Origin: a virus
Taxonomy: Duplodnaviria > Caudoviricetes
IMG/VR virus record: IMGVR_UViG_3300048834_000016
Span: 1-51,594 of that record
Reading direction: 5' to 3' (one strand)
Length of the DNA: 51,594 nucleotides
The position numbers were made by a program, and so were the translations under genes. The notes beneath the pieces were generated by a model. That model did no database searches and was not told the DNA's origin. It was given only the letters and a program-made list of their open reading frames with translations. This document shows positions 18,342 through 27,031 of this stretch, piece after piece. Numbering within the stretch: position 1 is the stretch's first letter; the number at the start of each line of letters is the position of its first letter.

Positions 18342-19260
18342 GCAAACTGCTGGTGATGTTGGTATTGAAATTGAATGTGAAGGAAATAATCTAAACCCTG
18401 TCAACGTAAATGGTTGGAAAACCGTTGATGATAATTCTCTTCGTGGAGATTTTCCCCACTCTCGTTGTGAGTGGGTGCTGAATAAGCCTATTGATGTGGA
18501 AGATGTGCTACCAGCTATGCAATGGTTGGAAGATAGTCAACGAGCTGCTCATCCGGCATTCTCTTTCCGTACTAGCGTTCATGTTCACGTTAATGTTCAA
18601 CAACTAACTGTTAATCAGATTGTAAATATGGCATACACATATTTCATCTGTGAAACAGTTATGATGAATTATTGTGCACCACATCGCCGAGGCAATCGTT
18701 TCTGTTTGCGAATGGAAGATGCAGAAGGTATTCAGAAATTCTTTACCAAGCTAATCTCTTATCAAGAAAATCATTGGTATATTCTAAATCCTAATGATTC
18801 TGTTCGTTACGCTGCCCTTAATTTTGAGGCTATGTGGAAGTATGGAAGTATTGAATTTCGTGGATTAGAAGGTACACTGTCTCCTGAGAAGATTAATAAT
18901 TGGGCTAGTGCATTGGTGATGATTCGTGAGTTTGCTAAACGATTTGATAATCTACAACAGATTCATGATTTCTTTGTTAAGAGCAGCCCTAATATGTTCT
19001 TGGACAATGTGCTTGGTGGTTATTCTGAAGCATTTAAATATGATGGATTTGCTCAGGATTTGCGTAAAGGTTTTTCTCTTACGATTGACTTCCCTTATGC
19101 ATTCAAGAAAGAGGCCGATATTCCTGTAGCTAAACCTGCCCTTGTTGAGCGTATTCGTAGGGTGGCCCAAGCTAATCCTAGAAATATTCTAAGACCTGTT
19201 GTAAATTTCAATAATATTATTTTTGATGAGGTAGGTGACCATAACCTTTTTCAACGGTAA
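18310..19260 (+). CDS. Putative amidoligase (COOH-NH2 ligase fold)
   Basis: GIEIE, DNSLRG, SVHVHVN, RYAALN and YGSIEFR motifs. Confidence 0.85.
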   Translation: MKKLYELFNLKQTAGDVGIEIECEGNNLNPVNVNGWKTVDDNSLRGDFPHSRCEWVLNKPIDVEDVLPAMQWLEDSQRAAHPAFSFRTSVHVHVNVQQLTVNQIVNMAYTYFICETVMMNYCAPHRRGNRFCLRMEDAEGIQKFFTKLISYQENHWYILNPNDSVRYAALNFEAMWKYGSIEFRGLEGTLSPEKINNWASALVMIREFAKRFDNLQQIHDFFVKSSPNMFLDNVLGGYSEAFKYDGFAQDLRKGFSLTIDFPYAFKKEADIPVAKPALVERIRRVAQANPRNILRPVVNFNNIIFDEVGDHNLFQR

Positions 19261-19264
19261 ATAT

Positions 19265-20005
19265 ATGAAACTCTATCCATACAATCAAGGCAGTAAGTCT
19301 GCCAAAGCTCTTGCTCAATCTCTTGGTATCAAGCGTATCAAGCATGAAGGTAAACGTCTACAAGTACTAGGAGGTCTGATTAATTGGGGCTCCTCTGGTT
19401 TTGTACGTAACATCGCACATGATGGTGTGTTCAATTCACCTGACTGTGTAGCTGTAGCAGTAAACAAGCTACAAGCGTTTAAAGCACTAGATGGCCATGT
19501 TAGTATTCCTGAATGGACAGAGAGCCCTGTAGAGGCTTCTAAGTGGCTTGCTGAGGGTGTTACTGTTATTGCTCGTACTAAACTTACAGGACACAGCGGA
19601 GAAGGTATTATTATTGTAGAGGAGGAGGGAGAGATTCCTCCTGCCCCTCTATATGTTAAATATATCCCGAAGACTGAGGAATATCGTCTCCACGTATTTC
19701 GTGACAAGGTGTTCTTTATCCAACAGAAGAAACGTAATAAGGACATTCCTGACGACAAAGTTAATTGGAAGGTACGTAATCATGGTAATGGCTTCATCTA
19801 CGCTCACAAGGATGTAGTGGAAAACAGGATTGCTAAGATTTGTGCTATCATGTCTATTAAGACACTAGGCTTGGACTTTGGTGCTGTTGATATGATTTAT
19901 AATAAAAAGCAAGATAGGTTCTACGTACTGGAGGTTAATACGGCTTGCGGTCTTGAAGGTACCACTCTTGAAAAGTATGTTGAAGTGTTTAAGGAATTTG
20001 TATGA
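19265..20005 (+). CDS. ATP-grasp ligase (RimK-like)
   Basis: NKL, GHSGEGI, YVKYIP..EYRLHV, GLDFGAVD and LEVNTACGL motifs. Confidence 0.85.
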   Translation: MKLYPYNQGSKSAKALAQSLGIKRIKHEGKRLQVLGGLINWGSSGFVRNIAHDGVFNSPDCVAVAVNKLQAFKALDGHVSIPEWTESPVEASKWLAEGVTVIARTKLTGHSGEGIIIVEEEGEIPPAPLYVKYIPKTEEYRLHVFRDKVFFIQQKKRNKDIPDDKVNWKVRNHGNGFIYAHKDVVENRIAKICAIMSIKTLGLDFGAVDMIYNKKQDRFYVLEVNTACGLEGTTLEKYVEVFKEFV

Positions 20006-20211
20006 GCGTTGTTCTTAAAAAACTTCCATACAGAGTATGGGTGAATCAACCAAGCATTTACCAACCCTATCATAAACATCACGGTCGTATAGGACTGCTA
20101 GTTGAAAGAGAGAACGGAGAAGTCATTATATATTTCTTCACTAATAGTTTAAATTCAGATACCATGTCTATGCACATTTCCTTAAACGCAGTTTCAAAAT
20201 CATTTGTATGA
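20002..20211 (+). CDS. Hypothetical protein
   Basis: ATGA-coupled 69-aa ORF. Confidence 0.6.
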   Translation: MSVVLKKLPYRVWVNQPSIYQPYHKHHGRIGLLVERENGEVIIYFFTNSLNSDTMSMHISLNAVSKSFV

Positions 20212-20381
20212 AAAAGTCTCATATTTGGGCAGTTTATTTTGACATTCCTGATGACAAGTTAGGTTGGTGCAGAGGGTATACAGGACTAACCAAAGATATA
20301 GCAAGAAAATATGTAAAGGAAGGTAGAATTATATACCCAAGATCTAAGTGGAGAATTGTTAAGGAATATGTATATGTATAA
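20208..20381 (+). CDS. Small hypothetical protein (57 aa)
   Basis: ATGA-coupled; MKKSHIWAVYFDIPDDKLGW... Confidence 0.55.
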   Translation: MKKSHIWAVYFDIPDDKLGWCRGYTGLTKDIARKYVKEGRIIYPRSKWRIVKEYVYV

Positions 20382-20742
20382 TCAACAGGAGAGAGCACAG
20401 GCAGCGCCTGCCGCTGTGGCGGCGCCGAGCGGGTACGGCCCGAAGGTGACCGTTAAGCGCAGGTGCTCCGACTGCAAAGCATGCAATTCGGAAAGCTATG
20501 CCGTGCAGGGTGACAGCGGGCATTACGTCTACTGTGAACATCCATCATTGCCAGAGCGCAAATACATAGGCGACACCAATTGGAATACACCTCATTGGTG
20601 CCCGGTCTCCGCGCCTACCACCCAGCCAGAACTCCAGCCCTCGCCCGCAGCGCAGGGGGGTGCGCCGGAGTCGGAGTATCGGCGCGGTTACCGCCACGGG
20701 TACGAGCAGCGCGATGCTGAAGTGCGGGGAGCCTTGGCATGA
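20374..20742 (+). CDS. Hypothetical protein (AT-rich start fused to a GC-rich body)
   Basis: AAGGA RBS; AQAAPAAVAAP and PSPAAQG linkers; Cys/His motifs. Confidence 0.65.
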   Translation: MYNQQERAQAAPAAVAAPSGYGPKVTVKRRCSDCKACNSESYAVQGDSGHYVYCEHPSLPERKYIGDTNWNTPHWCPVSAPTTQPELQPSPAAQGGAPESEYRRGYRHGYEQRDAEVRGALA

Positions 20743-20984
20743 CCGCACAAATTTTTATCGCCCTATTTGGCGTCACTGCGGTATTCCTTTCGCAGTCAGC
20801 ATTTGCTGTACGGCGTCGCTGGGCGTCCGTATTTGGCTTGCTCGGCCAGCCTTTCTGGTTTTACTCAGCGTGGGAGACGCAGCAGTGGGGGATTTTCACT
20901 CTCTGCTTCCTTTACACGATTTCGTGGTCCAAGGGATTCCACACCAACTGGATCGCCGCCCGCGCAGCACAGGAGGGCAAGTGA
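20739..20984 (+). CDS. Small membrane protein, possibly PnuC/SWEET-like 3-TM unit
   Basis: Three hydrophobic segments; GLLGQPFW and QWGIF motifs. Confidence 0.6.
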   Translation: MTAQIFIALFGVTAVFLSQSAFAVRRRWASVFGLLGQPFWFYSAWETQQWGIFTLCFLYTISWSKGFHTNWIAARAAQEGK

Positions 20985-21157
20985 TCAGAATCGCCATCAC
21001 TGCACTTCTCGGAGTCGCCCTGATGTATGCGTTGTTCGCCTTCATCCTGTGGGATTTTGACCCGTACACATGGGGCTTAGGAGGCAGATATTTATTTGCG
21101 ATCTTTGCAACCATAGCCGCTTGCGCCTCAGCAGCAATACTGAAGGGAATTCCATGA
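20981..21157 (+). CDS. Small membrane protein
   Basis: GTG start after GGAGG; two TM segments. Confidence 0.55.
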   Translation: MIRIAITALLGVALMYALFAFILWDFDPYTWGLGGRYLFAIFATIAACASAAILKGIP

Positions 21158-21588
21158 CCACTGACACCCAACCCCTGGCGCCAACAGACGTCGAACTGAT
21201 GGATCTAGCACACGAATGTGAACTGGACGCTATCGAATTTGGCCGCGCAGCCCTCGCAAAGTGGGGTACACCTGTAGGGGCGGGAGAAGTGGTGGCGTGT
21301 GGAAATTGCGGCGGGACTGGATGGATGGTGCGCGACCCTGACATCGGCACCGATCAGGAGTGTTTTGTGTGCAACGGTGAGTGCTATTCAGAGTCAGTCA
21401 CCCCGCAGCCCACACTGGTGCAGGCCGGGGCGGTTCCGCTGACGCCAGATCAAGTTGTGGAAATCGCAGACGCAGCCCACCGCGAATACGACCGACTTGT
21501 TTCTTCGGGCCAATGTGCTCCGCGATGGTCGGCGGTATTCGCGCACTTGCTTGAGATACACCACGGAATCAAAGGAGGCCAGTCATGA
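21154..21588 (+). CDS. Hypothetical protein with DnaJ-like CxxCxGxG zinc finger
   Basis: CGNCGGTG...CFVCNG; ATGA coupling. Confidence 0.65.
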   Translation: MTTDTQPLAPTDVELMDLAHECELDAIEFGRAALAKWGTPVGAGEVVACGNCGGTGWMVRDPDIGTDQECFVCNGECYSESVTPQPTLVQAGAVPLTPDQVVEIADAAHREYDRLVSSGQCAPRWSAVFAHLLEIHHGIKGGQS

Positions 21589-21977
21589 CTGACTATGAGT
21601 TGTTGGGATGCGTTGCGGAAGCTATGCACAATTTGAAAGACCCAAACTTTTGCAACTACTCAGTGGTAGATGGGAAAACGGGTGTTTGTCTTGATCTAGG
21701 CTTCCGCAGAGGGGCTATCACTTCCTACTGGAACCCGCTCACCAATGACGGAGACGCGCTGCGGATGGTTTGCGATCTTGGTCTTCGCGTATTTCCGATT
21801 GCAAGGACACAATCTGGTGCTGCATGTAGTGCTGTTTGCTCCGTTACAAGCGAGCGATTATCAGAAGTTGCTGACGCATCGCTTGACACTTACACCGCCA
21901 CCCGCCGTGCCATCGTTCTAGCTGCTGCGGAGATTGGGAAGCGAATCAAAGGAGGTCAGCATGGCGTCAGTCATTAG
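21585..21977 (+). CDS. Hypothetical phage protein
   Basis: WNPLTNDGDALR and ATRRAIVLAAAEIG motifs typical of temperate-phage accessory genes. Confidence 0.7.
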   Translation: MTDYELLGCVAEAMHNLKDPNFCNYSVVDGKTGVCLDLGFRRGAITSYWNPLTNDGDALRMVCDLGLRVFPIARTQSGAACSAVCSVTSERLSEVADASLDTYTATRRAIVLAAAEIGKRIKGGQHGVSH

Positions 21978-21986
21978 GAGAAACAC

Positions 21987-22166
21987 ATGAATGAAGATCA
22001 ATGGGAGAAAATTGATTGTAATAAGGCTCTTGATGCTCTTATAGACGCATATCATTTCAAATCTGAAAGTGGAAAGAATTATCTGATTAATTTCATTAAG
22101 GATGTGGAACTAATTAAACGTTCTCAAGTCAAACAGGTTCCAGCTTTGTTTAAGAAGGAGAATTAA
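21987..22166 (+). CDS. Small hypothetical protein (59 aa)
   Basis: AGGAG RBS; MNEDQWEKIDCNKALDAL... Confidence 0.6.
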   Translation: MNEDQWEKIDCNKALDALIDAYHFKSESGKNYLINFIKDVELIKRSQVKQVPALFKKEN

Positions 22167-22167
22167 T

Positions 22168-23814
22168 ATATCTAAATGTGTTGAAAAGATTCGACACTCC
22201 TGTGGTTCTTACGCCCTTCAGGTTTTTCAGCAAGATGATGGAACATTTGATGGCTTTTGCTTTGCTTGTGGCAAACATGAGGCCAATCCATACGCTGACA
22301 AGCCTGAGGGGTATGCGCCTAGAGTGCCGTTCAAATCTCCTGAACAAATTGAACAGGAGATTAAAGAGATTGGAGAATATAAAACTGTAGATCTTCCAGA
22401 CCGTAAGCTTAAGAAGCAATATCTAGAATACTTTGGTGTTCGTATTGGTCTGAATGAAGAAGACGGAATAACTCCACATAGTCATTACTATCCCTATTAC
22501 AAGAACGGGGAGTTGGTGGCTTATAAATGCCGCATCATCGAAAATAAGAAGATGTGGGCTGTTGGTTCTACGAAGGACGTTGACCTGTTCGGATGGAATC
22601 AAGCAATCAATGCTGGTGGTAAAAAGCTCTTTGTAACCGAAGGAGAGCTTGATGCTATAGCATTGTTTCAGATTATGAAAGAGCAAAATAAAGGCACTCA
22701 ATATGCAGACCTCAATCCTGCTATTGTTTCGCTGACCCATGGTGCAGGGGGCGCCTCTAAGCAGCTAAGTAAATTTCTTCCAGAAATTCGGAAGCATTTT
22801 AAGGAAATCATCCTTGTCTTTGACATGGACGAGCCAGGCAAGCTGGCCGTAGAATCTGTACTAAAGATCATTCCTGATGCTCTAGTTGCTTCTCTACCAG
22901 AGAAAGATGCTAATGATTGTCTAATTGCCGGAAAGAGCAAGGCTTGTTATAACGCTTGTCAGTTTAATGCACAGAAACCTAAAAACACCCGCTTGGTTAG
23001 TGGAAATGATTTACACGAAAAAGCCAAAGAACCTCCTAAATATGGAGTTACGTGGCCGTGGAAACACATCACTAATTCTACACGAGGTATTCGACTTGGA
23101 GAGACAATTTACATTGGCGCAGGACAGAAACAAGGTAAGAGTGAAGTAGTTAATACTCTCACTGCTCATTTCATTCGTGAACACGGGTGGAAGGTGTTCC
23201 TAGTTAAGCCTGAAGAATCCAATAACAAGACTTACAAACTCGTTGCAGGAAAAATTGCTGGAAAGATTTTCCACGATCCTAACATTCCATTTGATGAAAA
23301 GGAATACAACAAAGCCGGGGATGTGCTTAAAGATAAGCTATATATGCTTAACCTTTATCAGCATGTAGGCTGGGAAACTCTTAAGAATGATATTCGTGTA
23401 GCAGCCGCAGAAGGATGTAGGGCTGTTATGATTGATCCTATTACAAACCTCACTAATGGTATGGAGGCTTCAGCAGCTAATGTTAAATTGCAAGAGATTG
23501 CTCAAGAGCTTTCTGCTCTGGCACTTGATCTCAACGTGGTTATATTTATCTTTTGTCACCTTCGCAATCCTGATTCCGGCCCACCTCACGAACGTGGAGG
23601 TGAAGTTCTCAGCTCGCAGTTTGCAGGTAGTCGTGCTATGGCTCGTAGCTGCAACCTTATGCTGGGGTTGGAAGGAAATCGTGACCCAAATCTGTCACCA
23701 GAAGAACGAAACATGCGAACACTAGTTCTATTGGAAGATCGTGAATTTGGAGAGACAGGTAGATTTAAGCTTTATTGGGACAAATCTACAGGATTGTTCA
23801 ATGAAATTGGTTAA
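22168..23814 (+). CDS. T7 gp4-like DNA primase-helicase
   Basis: Zn-binding HSCGS...CFAC in frame upstream of GTG 22324; TOPRIM TEGELD and DMD; helicase GQKQGKS, IDP, HLR and GSR motifs; proposed ATA start. Confidence 0.9.
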   Translation: MSKCVEKIRHSCGSYALQVFQQDDGTFDGFCFACGKHEANPYADKPEGYAPRVPFKSPEQIEQEIKEIGEYKTVDLPDRKLKKQYLEYFGVRIGLNEEDGITPHSHYYPYYKNGELVAYKCRIIENKKMWAVGSTKDVDLFGWNQAINAGGKKLFVTEGELDAIALFQIMKEQNKGTQYADLNPAIVSLTHGAGGASKQLSKFLPEIRKHFKEIILVFDMDEPGKLAVESVLKIIPDALVASLPEKDANDCLIAGKSKACYNACQFNAQKPKNTRLVSGNDLHEKAKEPPKYGVTWPWKHITNSTRGIRLGETIYIGAGQKQGKSEVVNTLTAHFIREHGWKVFLVKPEESNNKTYKLVAGKIAGKIFHDPNIPFDEKEYNKAGDVLKDKLYMLNLYQHVGWETLKNDIRVAAAEGCRAVMIDPITNLTNGMEASAANVKLQEIAQELSALALDLNVVIFIFCHLRNPDSGPPHERGGEVLSSQFAGSRAMARSCNLMLGLEGNRDPNLSPEERNMRTLVLLEDREFGETGRFKLYWDKSTGLFNEIG

Positions 23815-23838
23815 TAATATTAAGAAAGGGGGTTAACC

Positions 23839-24312
23839 ATTCTCCCACTAATTGAAGAGCATTACAGGAACAATTACACTAAGCTTGTGAAGAAGATGGG
23901 CTTTCGTACTGGAAGTTTATGGGCTGGGGAGGATGTTGTTCAAGCAGCATATGAACGAGCTATTAAATATCATCGTCAGTTCTCTAAAGAAGAGTTTGCT
24001 AAATGGTTTAGTATTGTATTGAATAATGCATTACGTGATTATATGTCTGAGGAACGTGGATATGTCCCTAATACTGGAGATGAAGAAGAGCCAGAAGAAG
24101 GATGTCCTCACTATCCCAAACAAATTACTAGAGAGATTCTTATTCGTATCGATAAGAAGCCTCAAGAGCAGCGTGAGATTTTGATGTTATATTTTAAACA
24201 AAAATATTCAGCAAAGGATATTGCAAACATTACAAATCATACGTATGCAAAGAGCTATCATATCATTGAACGTTTTCGTAGTGAATTAAAAGAGGTATAT
24301 CGTGACTCATGA
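23839..24312 (+). CDS. Phage ECF-like RNA polymerase sigma factor
   Basis: EDVVQAAY, FAKWFSIVLNNALRD (region 2) and REILMLYF..YSAKDIA (region 4 HTH); proposed ATT start. Confidence 0.75.
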   Translation: MLPLIEEHYRNNYTKLVKKMGFRTGSLWAGEDVVQAAYERAIKYHRQFSKEEFAKWFSIVLNNALRDYMSEERGYVPNTGDEEEPEEGCPHYPKQITREILIRIDKKPQEQREILMLYFKQKYSAKDIANITNHTYAKSYHIIERFRSELKEVYRDS

Positions 24313-24652
24313 CGAACTTGTAGAGAAATATCCTAAAATTTTAGGTGTACAGGGATACCCTGGAGTTGGTAAGGGGTGGTTACCTCTTATTGATGCTTTA
24401 TGTGAATGGCTTCAGTTCAATACTGATAAGAATTCTCACATAGAACACTATGCCCATCAAGTTAAAGCTGTCCAAATTAAAGAGAAATTCGGAGGACTTA
24501 GCTTCTACGTAGATGGTGCATCGGATGTTCAATATGCAGCCATTTCCTTTGCTGAAAGCATGTCACATCATATATGTGAAGATTGCGGAGCTCCTGGTAA
24601 AACAAGAGGAGACGGATGGATTAGAACTGTATGTGACGAGCACGCTGAATGA
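24302..24652 (+). CDS. Hypothetical phage protein
   Basis: QIKEKFGGLSFY...CEDCG...GWIRTVCDEH, a motif common in phage proteins. Confidence 0.75.
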   Translation: MTHDELVEKYPKILGVQGYPGVGKGWLPLIDALCEWLQFNTDKNSHIEHYAHQVKAVQIKEKFGGLSFYVDGASDVQYAAISFAESMSHHICEDCGAPGKTRGDGWIRTVCDEHAE

Positions 24653-26529
24653 GAATCGGGGTGTTCGATTTGGAAGCTAACGGATTCCTAAGACAAGCAA
24701 CTAAAGTGCATTGCGGAGCTGTAAAGGTCAAGGGCGGACAAATCAAACAGTTTCGACCTCATCAAATTAAAGAACTCCTTTCATATCTGGATACGTTTGA
24801 TGTACTTATTGCACATAATGGAATTGGTTATGATTTTCCTCTATTAGAGAAGCTGTATGGATGGAAGTTTAAGGGTAAAATTGTTGACTCTTTAATTATG
24901 AGTCGTCTATTAAATCCAAAACGGATTGTTCCTTTCAACTGTCCTAATAAGAAATGTGGGCCTCATTCTATTGAGGCATGGGGATATAGAGTAGGACGAG
25001 GAAAGCCTGAACATAACGATTGGGAGAATTTCTCAGAAGATATGATGCATCGTTGTACAGAAGATACAGAAATTCTGGAACTTGTATATGATGCATTGAT
25101 AGAAGAGTCTAAAGGAGGCACTTGGCGTAATGCGTTCCTTCTTTCTTTCGAGCTATTTACATGGCTTCAGAAGCAAGAGGAATATGGTTGGTTAGTAGAT
25201 AAGAACCATATGAATTTCTGTGTTCATCAACTTACAAAGTGGATTGAACGTATAGATAGAGCTATTACTCCACGTCTTCCATTAATTATTGAAATTGAAG
25301 AAACAAAGAAAGAAGGTGTTTATAATTACATCCGAAAACCGTTCCTCAAGAATGGGAATTACTCGCAAAGCGTTCTTGATTGGTATGATTACACTGGTAT
25401 TAATATCAACTCTCAGCCCGTTGTTGGTTGTTTTAGTCGTATCTCTTTTAGGCACACTAACTTAAACTCTAATGATGAAACTAAAAACTTCCTATTATCC
25501 ATTGGATGGGAACCACTTGAATGGAACACTAGCGATAGGGGGGACAGAACAAGTCCTAAATTATCGAAAGACGATCCTTTTGAAGGAATTGAAGGGAAAC
25601 TTGGAAAGCTTGTTGCAAGAAGGGTGCAATGCAGACAACGCCGTAGCGTTATTGAGGGTTTACTTGGTCTTATTCGAGAAGATGGCAGAATTTCAAGCGT
25701 TGTTAACACACTTGCAGTCACAGGCAGAGCAACTCATAGAAACATCGTCAACATCCCAAAAGCCTCTAGCTTCTACGGGAAACAAATGCGAGCAATATTT
25801 TCCTCGGGAGACGGATTCGTCTTGGTTGGAACGGACTCAGCAGGAAACCAATTAAGACAGCTTGCTGGTCGTATGAACAATCCTGTTTATACTAAGGCGT
25901 TAATTGAAGGTAAAAAAGAGGATGGTAGTGACAATCATAGTCTCACCAGAGATATTGGAGAGCTCGAATCAAGGGACATTGCAAAGAATGTCATGTACTG
26001 TCTCCTTTTCGGAGGAGGAGATGTTAAGCTTGCTAAGACGGCTAAGAAACCAACGGGATCAGGAGCTGATCTTAGAGCTAAGCTCTACCGTGGTTTAGAT
26101 GGACTCGGTACTTTAATGGAAAGTCTTACAAAAGAATGGAAGGAAACAGCAAAACAAAGATTTAATGCTAAGTTTAATCGAATGGAATATTTCGATGGAA
26201 TTATTACAGGGTTAGATGGACGGCCTATTAAGGTCCCTAGTGAACACCAACTTCTAGTGTACCTTCTTCAATCTGATGAAGCAATACATATGAGTAAGGC
26301 ATATTGTCTATTAAATCAACGGCTTTCTGAGAAATATCAATGGGGGGTTGATTATGGTGTTGTCTGTTTTTATCACGATGAATACACTATCGAATGTAAG
26401 GAAGAAATAGCAGAAGATGTTAAGCGTATCTCTGAGGAATGTATCAGGGATGCTGGAGAGTTTTATAAAATCTCTTGCCCACACGCCGGAGAAGGCGCTA
26501 TTGGCAAGAACTGGTACTCTATTCACTAA
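24649..26529 (+). CDS. polA: Family A DNA polymerase with 3'-5' exonuclease
   Basis: DLEANG and HNGIGYD exonuclease motifs, TGR, motif B RDIAKNVMY, motif C HDE. Confidence 0.93.
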   Translation: MRIGVFDLEANGFLRQATKVHCGAVKVKGGQIKQFRPHQIKELLSYLDTFDVLIAHNGIGYDFPLLEKLYGWKFKGKIVDSLIMSRLLNPKRIVPFNCPNKKCGPHSIEAWGYRVGRGKPEHNDWENFSEDMMHRCTEDTEILELVYDALIEESKGGTWRNAFLLSFELFTWLQKQEEYGWLVDKNHMNFCVHQLTKWIERIDRAITPRLPLIIEIEETKKEGVYNYIRKPFLKNGNYSQSVLDWYDYTGININSQPVVGCFSRISFRHTNLNSNDETKNFLLSIGWEPLEWNTSDRGDRTSPKLSKDDPFEGIEGKLGKLVARRVQCRQRRSVIEGLLGLIREDGRISSVVNTLAVTGRATHRNIVNIPKASSFYGKQMRAIFSSGDGFVLVGTDSAGNQLRQLAGRMNNPVYTKALIEGKKEDGSDNHSLTRDIGELESRDIAKNVMYCLLFGGGDVKLAKTAKKPTGSGADLRAKLYRGLDGLGTLMESLTKEWKETAKQRFNAKFNRMEYFDGIITGLDGRPIKVPSEHQLLVYLLQSDEAIHMSKAYCLLNQRLSEKYQWGVDYGVVCFYHDEYTIECKEEIAEDVKRISEECIRDAGEFYKISCPHAGEGAIGKNWYSIH

Positions 26530-26537
26530 GGAATAAT

Positions 26538-26753
26538 ATGTTGACATTTAAGAAAGAAAAGACTGTAGATTCTATTCTCACCGCGTTCAATACGATGGTA
26601 CAAGAACTGGTAACTATTCAGGCTCAGAAGTCACAGGAAGCCTCTAATATCCGTGATGAAGCAGCAGCCTTGCTGACTAAGGCTAACGTAGCAGATGCAG
26701 AAGCTAAACGTGCTCATAATGTTGCAGATAAGCTCAATCAAATCATTAACTAA
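26538..26753 (+). CDS. Hypothetical coiled-coil protein
   Basis: AAGGA RBS, ATG at 26538. Confidence 0.7.
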   Translation: MLTFKKEKTVDSILTAFNTMVQELVTIQAQKSQEASNIRDEAAALLTKANVADAEAKRAHNVADKLNQIIN

Positions 26754-26761
26754 GGAATAAC

Positions 26762-26830
26762 ATGTTCAAGACATTTAATGGTTGGAAGAAGGTGGGCCGT
26801 TTTGTCAAGAAGACTATTGAAATTCGTTAA
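26762..26830 (+). CDS. Possible 22-aa peptide
   Basis: AAGGA RBS; MFKTFNGWKKVGRFVKKTIEIR fills the intergenic gap. Confidence 0.45.
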   Translation: MFKTFNGWKKVGRFVKKTIEIR

Positions 26831-26841
26831 TAAGGAAATAT

Positions 26842-27024
26842 ATGGAAGAAGTTAAACAAGATATTGAAATTCGTTTTCGTGATGGAGAAGGCGTCTTCAA
26901 ATTTGAAAACATTCAAGGTTATCAACTAGGCAGCGGATTTCTAGGTGTTATTACCGCAGATGGTACTATGAACATCTACCCTTCTGACCTCATCTTCTCT
27001 GCAACCATCACCCCTAAGGAGTAA
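26842..27024 (+). CDS. Hypothetical protein
   Basis: 60 aa with AAGGA RBS. Confidence 0.65.
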   Translation: MEEVKQDIEIRFRDGEGVFKFENIQGYQLGSGFLGVITADGTMNIYPSDLIFSATITPKE

Positions 27025-27031
27025 TAAATAT

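Larger units (their letters stand above)
20390..21977 (+). mobile_element. GC-rich horizontally acquired island of five small temperate-phage-type genes
   Basis: Abrupt composition shift (46/60 GC at 20641-20700 versus 19/60 at 20281-20340); boundaries approximate. Confidence 0.75.
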
